This document shows, in pieces, positions 46,658 through 56,169 of a stretch of 64,000 bases of DNA (positions are counted from its first letter, which is position 1; each line of letters starts with the position of its first letter). The translations under genes and the position numbers were made by a program. This DNA comes from a virus, in the IMG/VR virus record IMGVR_UViG_3300031787_000044, positions 1-64,000 of that record; one strand, written 5' to 3'. The notes below the pieces were generated by a model. The model did not search any database, had not been told where the DNA came from, and worked only from the letters and a program-made list of their open reading frames with translations.

Positions 46658-48280
46658 GTGGCTACAATAAAGCACAAAAGATCTAGTGAACCAGGTAGAG
46701 TTCCTACGCTAAATCAACTCGAGTTTGGTGAACTTGCGATCAATACCTATGACGGTAATATCTACACCAAGATAGAGCGCGAAGGTGTAGCTGAAATAGT
46801 AAAGTACACCTCGACAAATCCAGTCGAAAACGTGTACTATGTTCAAAAGAACGGAAGCGACGCGAATAATGTAACTGGTACGACTTGGGATGACGCATTT
46901 CTTACGGTAGAAAGAGCTATTGAAGCTGCTAACGAAAGAGACGGAGCTTTAACTCTCATTGACGTTGGTCCAGGCGAGTACATAACTCAAGGTCATATCG
47001 ACGTTCCTGATAACTGCTTACTACGCACCGTTCACAGGGCTGCTATTTTTAAGCCAGCATCAGGATACGAAGAAAGAAACGTTCTCAGATTAGGATCTGG
47101 CTGTTTCATTGAAGGATTCGTCTTTGAAGGTTGGAGACTCAACAGCCTCGACAACCCAACTGAAGGATTTGCAGTATCATTTAGACCAGGTGCGGTCATT
47201 CGTAGAGCTCCATACGTCCATAAGTGCGTGGTTAGAACCACACCTTTCTGGGATACTGTAGCACCACCGTTGGATAGAGATAACGCTAACCCGCTCGTTG
47301 GAAGAGGAGCTGGAGTTATCCTAGCTGACGGTTCGGTTTGTTCTCAGTACAGCATATATCCAAACATCATGGCATGGGGTGCAACACCAGTTTCTCACAA
47401 CGGTATTGGATACTGTGCTAAAAATGGCGCGCTAATTAACGCGGTAAACGCGATTAGTCTCTGGGCTCATAAACATTTTCTCGCTCTTGCTGGCGGACAG
47501 ATCATTCTGTCTGCGTGCTCCACGCAGTTTGGTGATTATACGATGGTCGCAAGCGGAACTAGAAATATTGTAGTTCCAACTGAAGTAGCTGATGGAACTC
47601 TATCGATACAGACCGCTGCGTATCAAGCTATCGACGCTTCGGCTAATACTATCATTGATGCGATGTGGACAGATCTACAGTCAAACGGGTACACTACTGG
47701 GTGGAACGCAGAAGATGAAGTATTTACAAGAAGAGACGCGAGAAACGTTCTTCAATCTGTAGAGTGGGTTCTACAAACAGCAAACGAAAAGCCTATGCTC
47801 GACTTTGCTAAAGGATTATTTACAACAACTGGAACGAAAGCATATTCTATCGATAAAGAACCAGCATTCATACGTTCGTTTCAGTTCATGAGAGATGCAA
47901 TCATCGCACTTCCTAATGTGAATTCTACTGCGGATGGTATTGTTTCAGCATTGTTCGCAGCATTAATTAATACGATTCAAAATACCGTTACAATCGCAGA
48001 ACCTTCTACGATTACTGCGATAGGTCATACGTGGTCTGCTCTTATGTCCGGTGTTGCTTTGACTAAGATACCACCAGCAAGAAACGCAACTACGATAGAA
48101 GAAAGCATATTAGAATTAAATAACGGTCAAGTTATTGCATCGGGGCAAGACGACCAGGGTTCAGCATTGTTCGTTGGAGGAATGAGAATCGACGCAGACA
48201 CTGGAGAGCTATCGGGCCCGCCATTCGATCAAGCAGTAAATAGAATTGCCACAAGAGCAGCAATCGCAAGGAGTTTTTAA
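46658..48280 (+). CDS. Virion fibre/appendage protein, module B subunit 1
   Basis: N-terminal IKHKRSS..VP...LEFGELAINTYDG fibre motif. Core paralogous to 24064 (LGSGC, FRPGA.I.R.PYV, VGRG.G.ILAD, GATP..NG.GY.AKNGA, TQFGD). Confidence 0.65.
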   Translation: MATIKHKRSSEPGRVPTLNQLEFGELAINTYDGNIYTKIEREGVAEIVKYTSTNPVENVYYVQKNGSDANNVTGTTWDDAFLTVERAIEAANERDGALTLIDVGPGEYITQGHIDVPDNCLLRTVHRAAIFKPASGYEERNVLRLGSGCFIEGFVFEGWRLNSLDNPTEGFAVSFRPGAVIRRAPYVHKCVVRTTPFWDTVAPPLDRDNANPLVGRGAGVILADGSVCSQYSIYPNIMAWGATPVSHNGIGYCAKNGALINAVNAISLWAHKHFLALAGGQIILSACSTQFGDYTMVASGTRNIVVPTEVADGTLSIQTAAYQAIDASANTIIDAMWTDLQSNGYTTGWNAEDEVFTRRDARNVLQSVEWVLQTANEKPMLDFAKGLFTTTGTKAYSIDKEPAFIRSFQFMRDAIIALPNVNSTADGIVSALFAALINTIQNTVTIAEPSTITAIGHTWSALMSGVALTKIPPARNATTIEESILELNNGQVIASGQDDQGSALFVGGMRIDADTGELSGPPFDQAVNRIATRAAIARSF

Positions 48281-48283
48281 ATA

Positions 48284-48748
48284 ATGGCACGCATTACATG
48301 TAGAACACCGTCTACAGGAAAACCATTAAGAATTATTCAGAGTAACGTATCAAATACGTATATAACGATAGCCGAAGCACCCGACTTTTCAGTTCCAGAC
48401 GCTTCGAGTAAGTTTCCTGACCGCGACCCAACGAATGCAACACGAGCAATACGCCCAGGAGAAATATTTTTCTTAACGCCAATGGCCGCAAAAAATAAAG
48501 ACACCGAGGACAGATGGATCGAAACCATTCTTGTCACCGAGGATGACGAAACAATAGAAGTTGCAACGGTTACGGTTCCAGCTGGTGATACCGCTCTTAT
48601 TCCACTACAAGGTAGAAGCCTACTTAAAAGGACGGCAAACAACTCATCTGGTGATACACTGCAGATAAGAGCAGAGATCTCAGGCGTATTCGATATATGG
48701 ATATCTGCAGAAGAAAAACTATCAAACGAACACGTTGGGGTTGAATAA
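48284..48748 (+). CDS. Small beta-rich structural protein, module B subunit 2
   Basis: Paralogue of 27192..27614. Confidence 0.6.
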   Translation: MARITCRTPSTGKPLRIIQSNVSNTYITIAEAPDFSVPDASSKFPDRDPTNATRAIRPGEIFFLTPMAAKNKDTEDRWIETILVTEDDETIEVATVTVPAGDTALIPLQGRSLLKRTANNSSGDTLQIRAEISGVFDIWISAEEKLSNEHVGVE

Positions 48749-48750
48749 AA

Positions 48751-50733
48751 ATGGTAAAATTAGTATCCGATTATACCGTATCTAATAGGATAGTAAAAAC
48801 TCCTTCTACTGAAGTGTCTCCTGAAAGATATAGGTACGTTAATTTAGCTGAAACGGAGCCGGATCTTGGTGTTCCTCAGGCAAACGGATATATTCTTACA
48901 TCGAATACTATTGGAACCAGAGCTTGGATAGACGGTTCTACAATATTTGGGCAACAGGGTATTCAGGGTATACAGGGTATTCAAGGAAGCTTTGGTCAGC
49001 AAGGTATACAAGGTCTTCAGGGTACAAAGGGAGATCCATTTAAGGTTCTTGGATCCGTTCCTGACGTAAATGTGAATCCACCAAACAATCCTCAGACTAC
49101 ATTAAGCGCGGCCTTTCCAAGTCCATCTCTTGCAGATGGTGTTATTGATGAGGCGACATTTGATCTTTGGGTTTGGAATGGTACATCTTGGATAAACACA
49201 GGAGATATCGTTGGACCTCAGGGTATTCAAGGTATTCAGGGTCGTCAAGGTATCACCGGATCTCAAGGTGTACAAGGTATTCAGGGATCTCAGGGTGATC
49301 AGGGTATTCAAGGTACTACTGGTGACCAAGGTATTCAAGGTACTGGAGGACTCGGTACACAGGGTGTTCAGGGTATCACTGGATCTCAAGGTGTTCAGGG
49401 TATTACCGGCGAACAAGGTATACAAGGCACTCAAGGTGCTCAGGGCACTACTGGTGAACAAGGTATACAAGGTATTAGTGGTACTGGGAACCAAGGGCCA
49501 CAGGGCACTCAAGGCACTACTGGTGAACAGGGTATACAAGGTGTTCAGGGCGTCCAGGGTATTCAGGGTACTTCAATCCAGGGTATCCAGGGTATCGCTG
49601 GATCTCAAGGCGTTCAAGGTATCCAAGGTATAGACGGTACACTAGGATCTCAAGGCGAGCAGGGTATCCAGGGTATTCAGGGTATCACTGGTTCGCAAGG
49701 TATACAAGGTATTCAGGGTACTGCTATTCAGGGCATTCAAGGTATCCAGGGTATCACTGGATCTCAAGGCGTTCAAGGTATCCAAGGTATAGACGGTACA
49801 CTAGGATCTCAAGGCGAGCAGGGTATCCAGGGTATCACCGGATCTCAAGGTGTACAAGGTATCCAAGGTATAGACGGTACACTAGGATCTCAAGGTGTTC
49901 AAGGTATCCAAGGTATAGACGGTACACTAGGATCTCAAGGCGTTCAAGGTATTCAGGGTATTCAGGGTACTGCTATTCAAGGTATTCAGGGTATCCAGGG
50001 TATCACTGGATCTCAAGGTGTTCAAGGTATTCAAGGTATAGACGGTACGCTTGGTTCTCAAGGCATTCAAGGTATCCAGGGTATCACTGGATCTCAAGGC
50101 GAGCAGGGTATCCAGGGTATCACTGGATCTCAAGGCGTTCAAGGCATTCAAGGTATCCAGGGTATCACTGGATCTCAAGGTGTTCAAGGTATTCAAGGAA
50201 CCCAAGGTATCCAAGGTATTCAAGGTATTCAGGGTCGTCAAGGTATCACCGGATCTCAAGGCGTTCAAGGTATTCAAGGTATTCAAGGGCCGGCGTCTGC
50301 TTCTGCTTCAGCAACAGATCTTCAAGCAACAAATAATACTTCTACGAACGCAAGCTTCTACCCAGTCTTCGTTGCAAACGTTGGATCTGTTCAAACAGTC
50401 AATGCTGCCGATACAAAACTTTATTTCAATCCAAGTACCGGAACACTCAACGCGACAAACTTTAACTCTCTATCAGACATTACTTATAAAGAAAATATCG
50501 AAAAGATACCAAACAGTATAGAGATGCTAAATGCAATACAGACATATTCGTTCAACTGGAAAGATAATAAGAACAAGAGCTACGGGGTAATCGCGCAAGA
50601 GTTAGAAAAGGTTATGCCAGAACTCGTAGAAAAAAACGCTAACGGCGATAAGACAGTTTCTTATATGCCTTTGATCGCAATCGTTATTGAAGCAATAAAG
50701 AAGTTAGATGATAAGATCGAAGGTAAAATATAA
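48751..50733 (+). CDS. Collagen-like fibre protein (Gly-X-Gln) with C-terminal S74 chaperone, module B
   Basis: GXQ tracts, with a C-terminus highly similar to the 27604 protein ([58 protein letters not shown]). Confidence 0.88.
   Translation: MVKLVSDYTVSNRIVKTPSTEVSPERYRYVNLAETEPDLGVPQANGYILTSNTIGTRAWIDGSTIFGQQGIQGIQGIQGSFGQQGIQGLQGTKGDPFKVLGSVPDVNVNPPNNPQTTLSAAFPSPSLADGVIDEATFDLWVWNGTSWINTGDIVGPQGIQGIQGRQGITGSQGVQGIQGSQGDQGIQGTTGDQGIQGTGGLGTQGVQGITGSQGVQGITGEQGIQGTQGAQGTTGEQGIQGISGTGNQGPQGTQGTTGEQGIQGVQGVQGIQGTSIQGIQGIAGSQGVQGIQGIDGTLGSQGEQGIQGIQGITGSQGIQGIQGTAIQGIQGIQGITGSQGVQGIQGIDGTLGSQGEQGIQGITGSQGVQGIQGIDGTLGSQGVQGIQGIDGTLGSQGVQGIQGIQGTAIQGIQGIQGITGSQGVQGIQGIDGTLGSQGIQGIQGITGSQGEQGIQGITGSQGVQGIQGIQGITGSQGVQGIQGTQGIQGIQGIQGRQGITGSQGVQGIQGIQGPASASASATDLQATNNTSTNASFYPVFVANVGSVQTVNAADTKLYFNPSTGTLNATNFNSLSDITYKENIEKIPNSIEMLNAIQTYSFNWKDNKNKSYGVIAQELEKVMPELVEKNANGDKTVSYMPLIAIVIEAIKKLDDKIEGKI
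48952..50290 (+). repeat. 9-bp-periodic collagen-coding repeat tract
   Basis: CAR GGT RTY units with higher-order repeats such as GGTATAGACGGTACACTAGGATCTCAAGG (GIDGTLGSQ). Confidence 0.9.
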
Positions 50734-50864
50734 TGGCGCTTAACTTTTCAACATCTCAGAGTTTAGATCTAATACACCACCAAGATGGCACGTCCTATGA
50801 GTGGACCGGTTCAAAGTGGCGTAGAATCGATACTTTTGAAACGCGATATACAGACAAGCTCTGA
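50733..50864 (+). pseudogene. Truncated paralogue (43 aa) of the N-terminus of 30290..31126
   Basis: [31 protein letters not shown]... resembles MAAFDFPTSPTNGQLYALNGRTYQYNAAKQRW. It sits in the same syntenic slot and is coupled by TAATG. Confidence 0.55.
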
Positions 50865-50937
50865 GAGACGTTACAACTCAAGATGGATTTTCTTACACTG
50901 TTACTTGGCCTACGAAACCTTAACACTGTTCTAAACG

Positions 50938-50945
50938 TATAAATA
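50938..50945 (+). promoter_or_regulatory. T4-type late promoter heading the glyco-enzyme operon
   Basis: TATAAATA, then a GAGGTG RBS before 50992. Confidence 0.78.
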
Positions 50946-50991
50946 ATATTAAGAAAGATGATGATAATTTGAAGTGAGGTGAAACTATATA

Positions 50992-52062
50992 ATGTCTTTT
51001 TTTGAAAACACCAAGAACGGAACAGAAGTAGAAAATATATACAATTACGAAAACGATCGTAGTTTTGCAAAAACAGTACTAGAGGATGGTGGAGACATAC
51101 ATCCTCTTATAATTCCATCAAATCTTACGAATGGTACAGGGTTGATGAATCCGTCTATATTGAATATAGACGGCAAACTCATTGTCAACATTCGTCACGT
51201 GAACTATACGTTCTATCACTCAGAGAGAAAACTATTTCAGCACCCTTGGGGTCCTCTTACTTATCTGCATCCTGAAAACGATATGCATTTAAGAACTGAA
51301 AACTATTACTGCGAACTAAACGATTCCTTTGAGATCTCTCGGTTTAATAAGATAGACACAAGTAAGTTTGACACATACTCACCTATGTGGGACTTCGTTG
51401 GTCTTGAGGATGCTCGTCTAATGCATTGGAATGGTAAGATCTTTACTTCTGGAGTTCGTAGAGATACGACGACGAACGGCCAGGGTAGAATGGAACTCTG
51501 TGAGATAGAAGTTCGTAACGACTCAGTAGTAGAAGTAGCGCGCTGGAGAATTCATCCACCGAAGGATAGAAATTCTTATTGCGAAAAGAACTGGATGCCG
51601 GTTCTAGATCAACCTTACACATACGTAAAGTGGTGTAACCCAGTTGAGATCGTAAAGGTTGACGAAACGCCGTTGGACGATAAAGTATTCGAGTCAAATT
51701 GGGTAGACTCAAAAACGATCCACCTCGGAGAACGTTTAAACTTTTCTCACAAGGATCCACGCGGTGGATCGCAACTCATACCTTTCGGAGATAACTATCT
51801 CGCGCTTACTCACGAGGTCGATCTATTTAAGAGCGAAGTTGGTAGAAAGGATGGGGTGTATCGTCATAGATTCGTTCTGTTCGATAAAGATTGGAACGTG
51901 CTAAAATCTTCAAAAGACTTTTCATTAATGAATGGACATACGGAATTTGCATGCGGTATGTGCCACTATAAAGATAAGATACTTATTACATTTGGATTTC
52001 AGGACAATGCTGCGTACATACTCGAAGTAAATCCTAAATCTATTGAAGACCTATTACTGTGA
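50992..52062 (+). CDS. Five-bladed propeller glycosidase/phosphorylase-like protein (GH130/GH43-like)
   Basis: NPSI, GLEDARL, EKNWMP, RGGSQL and EFACG motifs. Confidence 0.65.
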   Translation: MSFFENTKNGTEVENIYNYENDRSFAKTVLEDGGDIHPLIIPSNLTNGTGLMNPSILNIDGKLIVNIRHVNYTFYHSERKLFQHPWGPLTYLHPENDMHLRTENYYCELNDSFEISRFNKIDTSKFDTYSPMWDFVGLEDARLMHWNGKIFTSGVRRDTTTNGQGRMELCEIEVRNDSVVEVARWRIHPPKDRNSYCEKNWMPVLDQPYTYVKWCNPVEIVKVDETPLDDKVFESNWVDSKTIHLGERLNFSHKDPRGGSQLIPFGDNYLALTHEVDLFKSEVGRKDGVYRHRFVLFDKDWNVLKSSKDFSLMNGHTEFACGMCHYKDKILITFGFQDNAAYILEVNPKSIEDLLL

Positions 52063-52077
52063 GAGGACGCATACATT

Positions 52078-53931
52078 ATGAACAGAACTGAAATTATTCA
52101 AACTCTCATCGATAAGATAGATGCGAAGAGCTATCTTGAAATTGGAATTTCCGCTGGAGACAACTGGAAAAAGATACGCTGCGATCGCAAGTTGAGCGTA
52201 GATCCAGAACCTCTATCAAAGGCAGATCGCGTTCTTACTTCAGACGAGTTCTTTGAAAAGAACGAAGAAACGTTTGACGTCATATTCATAGACGGCCTTC
52301 ATCACGCGGATCAAGTACACAGAGACATAAAGAACTCGCTAGATGTGTTAAACGATGGCGGTTACATCGTATGTCACGATTTAAATCCACAGAAGAAGGA
52401 ACATCAGGTCATACCGTTTACTGGCGGTACTTGGAACGGAGACTGTTGGAGATCCTTCGTAAGCTTGCGTCGAGATCGAGAAGATCTAGAAATGTTTACT
52501 ATTGACACCGACCACGGATGTGGCGTTATACGTAAGGGTACTCAAGAAACGTTGGATATACATCCTAGCACCGACGTAACATATGAAGACTTTGATAAGA
52601 ATCGTAAAGAATGGTTAAACCTAATTAGCCCAGGTCAATTTAGAAAGATGTTTGGTATGAAAGATCTCAAGTCTATGATTAAGACATACATCATGGATCC
52701 TAGCAATCCCGAGAATAACTGGGACCTTGCTCTACACTACGATGGTCTAGGACAGACAGCATCAGCAGTTTCATTCTATATTCGCACGGCCGAAAGAACG
52801 AAAGACGATCTGCTAAAGTACGAGTGTTTAATTCGCGCGGCAATGTGTTTTGAAAAGCAAGGGACGCGCAGGTTTACCGTGAAGGGTATCATACAGCACG
52901 CGATCGCAACGAAGCCGCATCGCCCAGAAGGGTACTACCTCCTGAGCCGTTTACACGAAAACGATCCTGGAGATGGAAAGTGGTTCGATTCGTTTACGAT
53001 GGCCTCTATCGGCTATTCATTTGCCGATGGCGAACTCGAACCTCTTAGAACTGAGATAGACTATCCTGGAAAATACGCGCTTCTTTTCCAAAAAGCTCAT
53101 TCTGCATGGTGGTGTGGCCTCGGCGAAGATTCAAGAAGTATTCTAATGGATCTATATCAAAACTATGATCTAAATGAATACTATCGCAATGCAGTATACC
53201 AAAATCTCCTAAGACTCGGTGCGTTTTCTTCTAAGAGTCTTACTCTATACAAGAAAGAGAAACATAAAGATCTTGCAGTTCAATTCGATGGTTCTGAAAA
53301 AATTAGCCAAAATTATTCCGAGGCGTATCAGGATATGTTCGTTCTTACTCTGTTAAAAGGTAAGAGAAACGGATCGTATGTTGAGGTTGGATCTGGCCAC
53401 CCAACTTATGGAAACAACACGTACCTCTTGGAAAAAGACTTTGGCTGGAACGGTGTATCGCTAGATATTAGTGAGGAGTTCGTAGCGGCGCATAATCAAG
53501 AAAGAAAGCATACTTGTGTACTTAAGGACGCAACGACTGTTAACTACGACAAGTTTTTAAACGGTCTTGGATTTGGTAAGGACATAGACTACCTTCAGAT
53601 AGATTGCGATCCTCCTGAGATAAGCTTTAAGGTTCTTCTTTCGATACCATTCGACTCAAGAAGATTTGGTGTCATTACGTTTGAACACGATCACTACGCG
53701 GATCCAACCGGTGGATATAGAGAGAAGGCTAGAAAATACTTAGAGTCATACGGCTACGTTTTGTTCGCGAGTAATATTTCTCCAGATGAAGATAGACCAT
53801 ATGAAGATTGGTTCGTTCACCCAGATATGATAAATATTAATGAATTTAGTATTCTAATGGATCAAACTGATTCTACGAAAAAAGCTGAAGATTATATAAT
53901 GGGTAAGATCAAGAATGGTGAAGCAGCTTAA
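52078..53931 (+). CDS. Methyltransferase - TPR - FkbM-like methyltransferase fusion
   Basis: N-terminal SYLEIG, DVIFIDGLH and GGYIVCHD. Central helical TPR-like region (P.RPEGYYLLS). C-terminal YSEAYQDMFV, GSYVEVGS..GNNTYLLEK..WNG, IDYLQIDCD and ITFEHD. Confidence 0.8.
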   Translation: MNRTEIIQTLIDKIDAKSYLEIGISAGDNWKKIRCDRKLSVDPEPLSKADRVLTSDEFFEKNEETFDVIFIDGLHHADQVHRDIKNSLDVLNDGGYIVCHDLNPQKKEHQVIPFTGGTWNGDCWRSFVSLRRDREDLEMFTIDTDHGCGVIRKGTQETLDIHPSTDVTYEDFDKNRKEWLNLISPGQFRKMFGMKDLKSMIKTYIMDPSNPENNWDLALHYDGLGQTASAVSFYIRTAERTKDDLLKYECLIRAAMCFEKQGTRRFTVKGIIQHAIATKPHRPEGYYLLSRLHENDPGDGKWFDSFTMASIGYSFADGELEPLRTEIDYPGKYALLFQKAHSAWWCGLGEDSRSILMDLYQNYDLNEYYRNAVYQNLLRLGAFSSKSLTLYKKEKHKDLAVQFDGSEKISQNYSEAYQDMFVLTLLKGKRNGSYVEVGSGHPTYGNNTYLLEKDFGWNGVSLDISEEFVAAHNQERKHTCVLKDATTVNYDKFLNGLGFGKDIDYLQIDCDPPEISFKVLLSIPFDSRRFGVITFEHDHYADPTGGYREKARKYLESYGYVLFASNISPDEDRPYEDWFVHPDMININEFSILMDQTDSTKKAEDYIMGKIKNGEAA

Positions 53932-55474
53932 TAACTTTCCTACTGTATACTACCTTTCTCTAAAGGATTCAACAGGTAGACAGCGCGACATTGAGTCTCA
54001 GCTCTGTGCGCGCGGCGTAAACTTTCGTATGATAGAAGGATACGACGGCAGAAGAGTTGATATTCGCGATCAGCTAAACATATCTGGGCCGCACATAGGA
54101 TCGAACCAAATTACGTCTGAAGTTCTTTCCGTTGCAGTATCTCACATAAATATGATACGCCAATGGTATAAAGACACAGACGAAGAGATTGGATTCTTTT
54201 GTGAGGACGATATCAATTTTTCTCTCGTTGATTATTGGAATTTTAACTTTCAAGATTTTATCTCAGAACTACCATCGGATTGGAAAGTAATTCAGCTATC
54301 TCTCATAAAAGAAACTCCTGTGAATTGGAGTGACATGAGAATGCGAAGAAAGAGATGGAACGATTGGTCGTGCTGTGCTTATATCGTTAATAGAAAGTAT
54401 GCAAAGCAGATAGTAGAAGATTACTATGATGAAGAAAAGAATGAATTCACACTAGACATTAAGGGTACCGTTCATCACCCATTACCAGAAAACGTTGTGT
54501 ATCCCTCAAATTATAAACAGTGTTATGTGTTTCCTTTCTTTACAGAAAACAGAGACCACGTTTCAACTCTTATGAGAGAAACGAATAAAGAAACGATAGA
54601 TAACATTCAGAATCAAAGCAGTAATTTCATAACAAATTGGTGGAAAGAAAATGGCCACAAAGTTAACATAAAGGAGTTAGTAAGTATGATAGATAAAATA
54701 CCAGTGATTGGAGCTCCAGTAGTAAATAGCACGTACTGGATATCCAGACTTATTATGAGTGTTGATTATCCAGTCGAGAACTTCGTCATTATTAATAACA
54801 ACGGGCGCGGAGAGTTGGACGAAGAACTGGACCGTCTTGCGAAAATGAATCACAAGTTCATTGATAACATCAAGGTAGTTCATATGCCAGCAAACATTGG
54901 TTGCGCCGGTGCATGGAACCTTATCATTAAGTGTTACATGTTAGCACCGTACTGGATTATCGCGAACGACGATGTTGCATTTGGTCCTGGCCTCTTAAAA
55001 GAGATGGCAGATAATATAAACTCAGATCCAATGCTTGGTATGATTCATCCAAACGCTGGTGACTTTGGAATCGGCGCGTGGGACTTATTCCTCATTCGCG
55101 AAAACGTAGTAAAGATCTTTGGTCTGTTTGACGAAAACACGTATCCAGCATACTGCGAAGATGCAGACTATATCATGAGAATGCATCATAGACCAATTCG
55201 CAAGATCATTGGTCTAGAGTCTAAGTATATGCATGGCCACGGTGATAGTACGATGTATTATGAAACCGGCAGTCAGACAGAGAAAAATGAAGCTGGTTTG
55301 AAAGTAAAATTGGATCATGCAAACAACCTAAATATAGAGTATCTTAGCAAAAAGTGGGGAGCTGGCTGGAGAAAAATTTCTCCGAATAAGGATCCCTTTG
55401 CAGGACAAGAAACACCAATTTCAATCACAACATATGATCTCGAATTCGTGAGACAGAAACACCTGGGGTTTTGA
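53915..55474 (+). CDS. Glycosyltransferase fusion: GT25-like plus GT2-like
   Basis: N-terminal YYLSL....R, GYDG, SH, FCEDD and AYIVN (GT25). C-terminal VIINN, NIGCAGAWN, IANDD and GLFDENTYPAYCEDADY (GT2/GT-A). Confidence 0.82.
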   Translation: MVKQLNNFPTVYYLSLKDSTGRQRDIESQLCARGVNFRMIEGYDGRRVDIRDQLNISGPHIGSNQITSEVLSVAVSHINMIRQWYKDTDEEIGFFCEDDINFSLVDYWNFNFQDFISELPSDWKVIQLSLIKETPVNWSDMRMRRKRWNDWSCCAYIVNRKYAKQIVEDYYDEEKNEFTLDIKGTVHHPLPENVVYPSNYKQCYVFPFFTENRDHVSTLMRETNKETIDNIQNQSSNFITNWWKENGHKVNIKELVSMIDKIPVIGAPVVNSTYWISRLIMSVDYPVENFVIINNNGRGELDEELDRLAKMNHKFIDNIKVVHMPANIGCAGAWNLIIKCYMLAPYWIIANDDVAFGPGLLKEMADNINSDPMLGMIHPNAGDFGIGAWDLFLIRENVVKIFGLFDENTYPAYCEDADYIMRMHHRPIRKIIGLESKYMHGHGDSTMYYETGSQTEKNEAGLKVKLDHANNLNIEYLSKKWGAGWRKISPNKDPFAGQETPISITTYDLEFVRQKHLGF

Positions 55475-55475
55475 T

Positions 55476-56168
55476 ATGAAGAACTGGATTGTAAATGAAG
55501 AAGAACACGTAGAACAAACCTACGTTCAGGATAAGATTGACGAAGGAAGAATTAGAATAAATCCTTCCTTACAAAAAAACAAGAGAGCATTCGTAATTGA
55601 TAATTTCTATGAGGATCCATATGCAGTGCGAGAATTCGCATTACAGCAAGAATTCTTTGACGATCCTGGATACATAGGAAGAAGAACGCGAACTCAGCAT
55701 CTCTTTCCTGGCCTAAAAGAAACTTTCGAAAGCATAATCGGAGAAAAGATAAGCGAGTGGGAAACCTACGGAATGAACGGAAGGTTTCAGCACAATTGGG
55801 CCGGAGAAAAATTAGTCTATCACTGCGATCAACAGAGATGGGCAGGCATGATTTATCTGTCTCCTGATGCACCACCTGAAACTGGAACAACGATGTATCG
55901 TCACAAAGAGACTAAAATACATCACAACACTCAGATTGATTGGAATTCCGGTCAAGGTATGAAGGTATTCAATCAAAAGACATTCCTTGATAGAACTCCA
56001 TACGAACCGGTTGATGTGTTTGGAAATATATTCAATAGACTCGTGATTTTTGACGGCGGCTGTATTCACGCAGCATCTGAATACTTTGGTAGCGACATTA
56101 ACGATTGCAGACTGTGGCAAATGTTCTTCTTTGACGGAGAAAAATCAAACATTCATCTTGGGAGTTAA
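55476..56168 (+). CDS. 2OG-Fe(II) oxygenase-like protein (DUF6445-like)
   Basis: VIDNFYEDPYAVREFAL, YHCD..WAGMIYL, GTTMY, FNRLVIFDG..IH and RLWQMFFF. Confidence 0.78.
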   Translation: MKNWIVNEEEHVEQTYVQDKIDEGRIRINPSLQKNKRAFVIDNFYEDPYAVREFALQQEFFDDPGYIGRRTRTQHLFPGLKETFESIIGEKISEWETYGMNGRFQHNWAGEKLVYHCDQQRWAGMIYLSPDAPPETGTTMYRHKETKIHHNTQIDWNSGQGMKVFNQKTFLDRTPYEPVDVFGNIFNRLVIFDGGCIHAASEYFGSDINDCRLWQMFFFDGEKSNIHLGS

Positions 56169-56169
56169 A

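Noticed and set aside
56050-56169. Longer upstream starts given in the ORF track (also 4829, 7727, 40725)
   Set aside because: They overlap upstream genes or promoters. The downstream ATGs have an RBS or stop-start coupling and match family N-termini.
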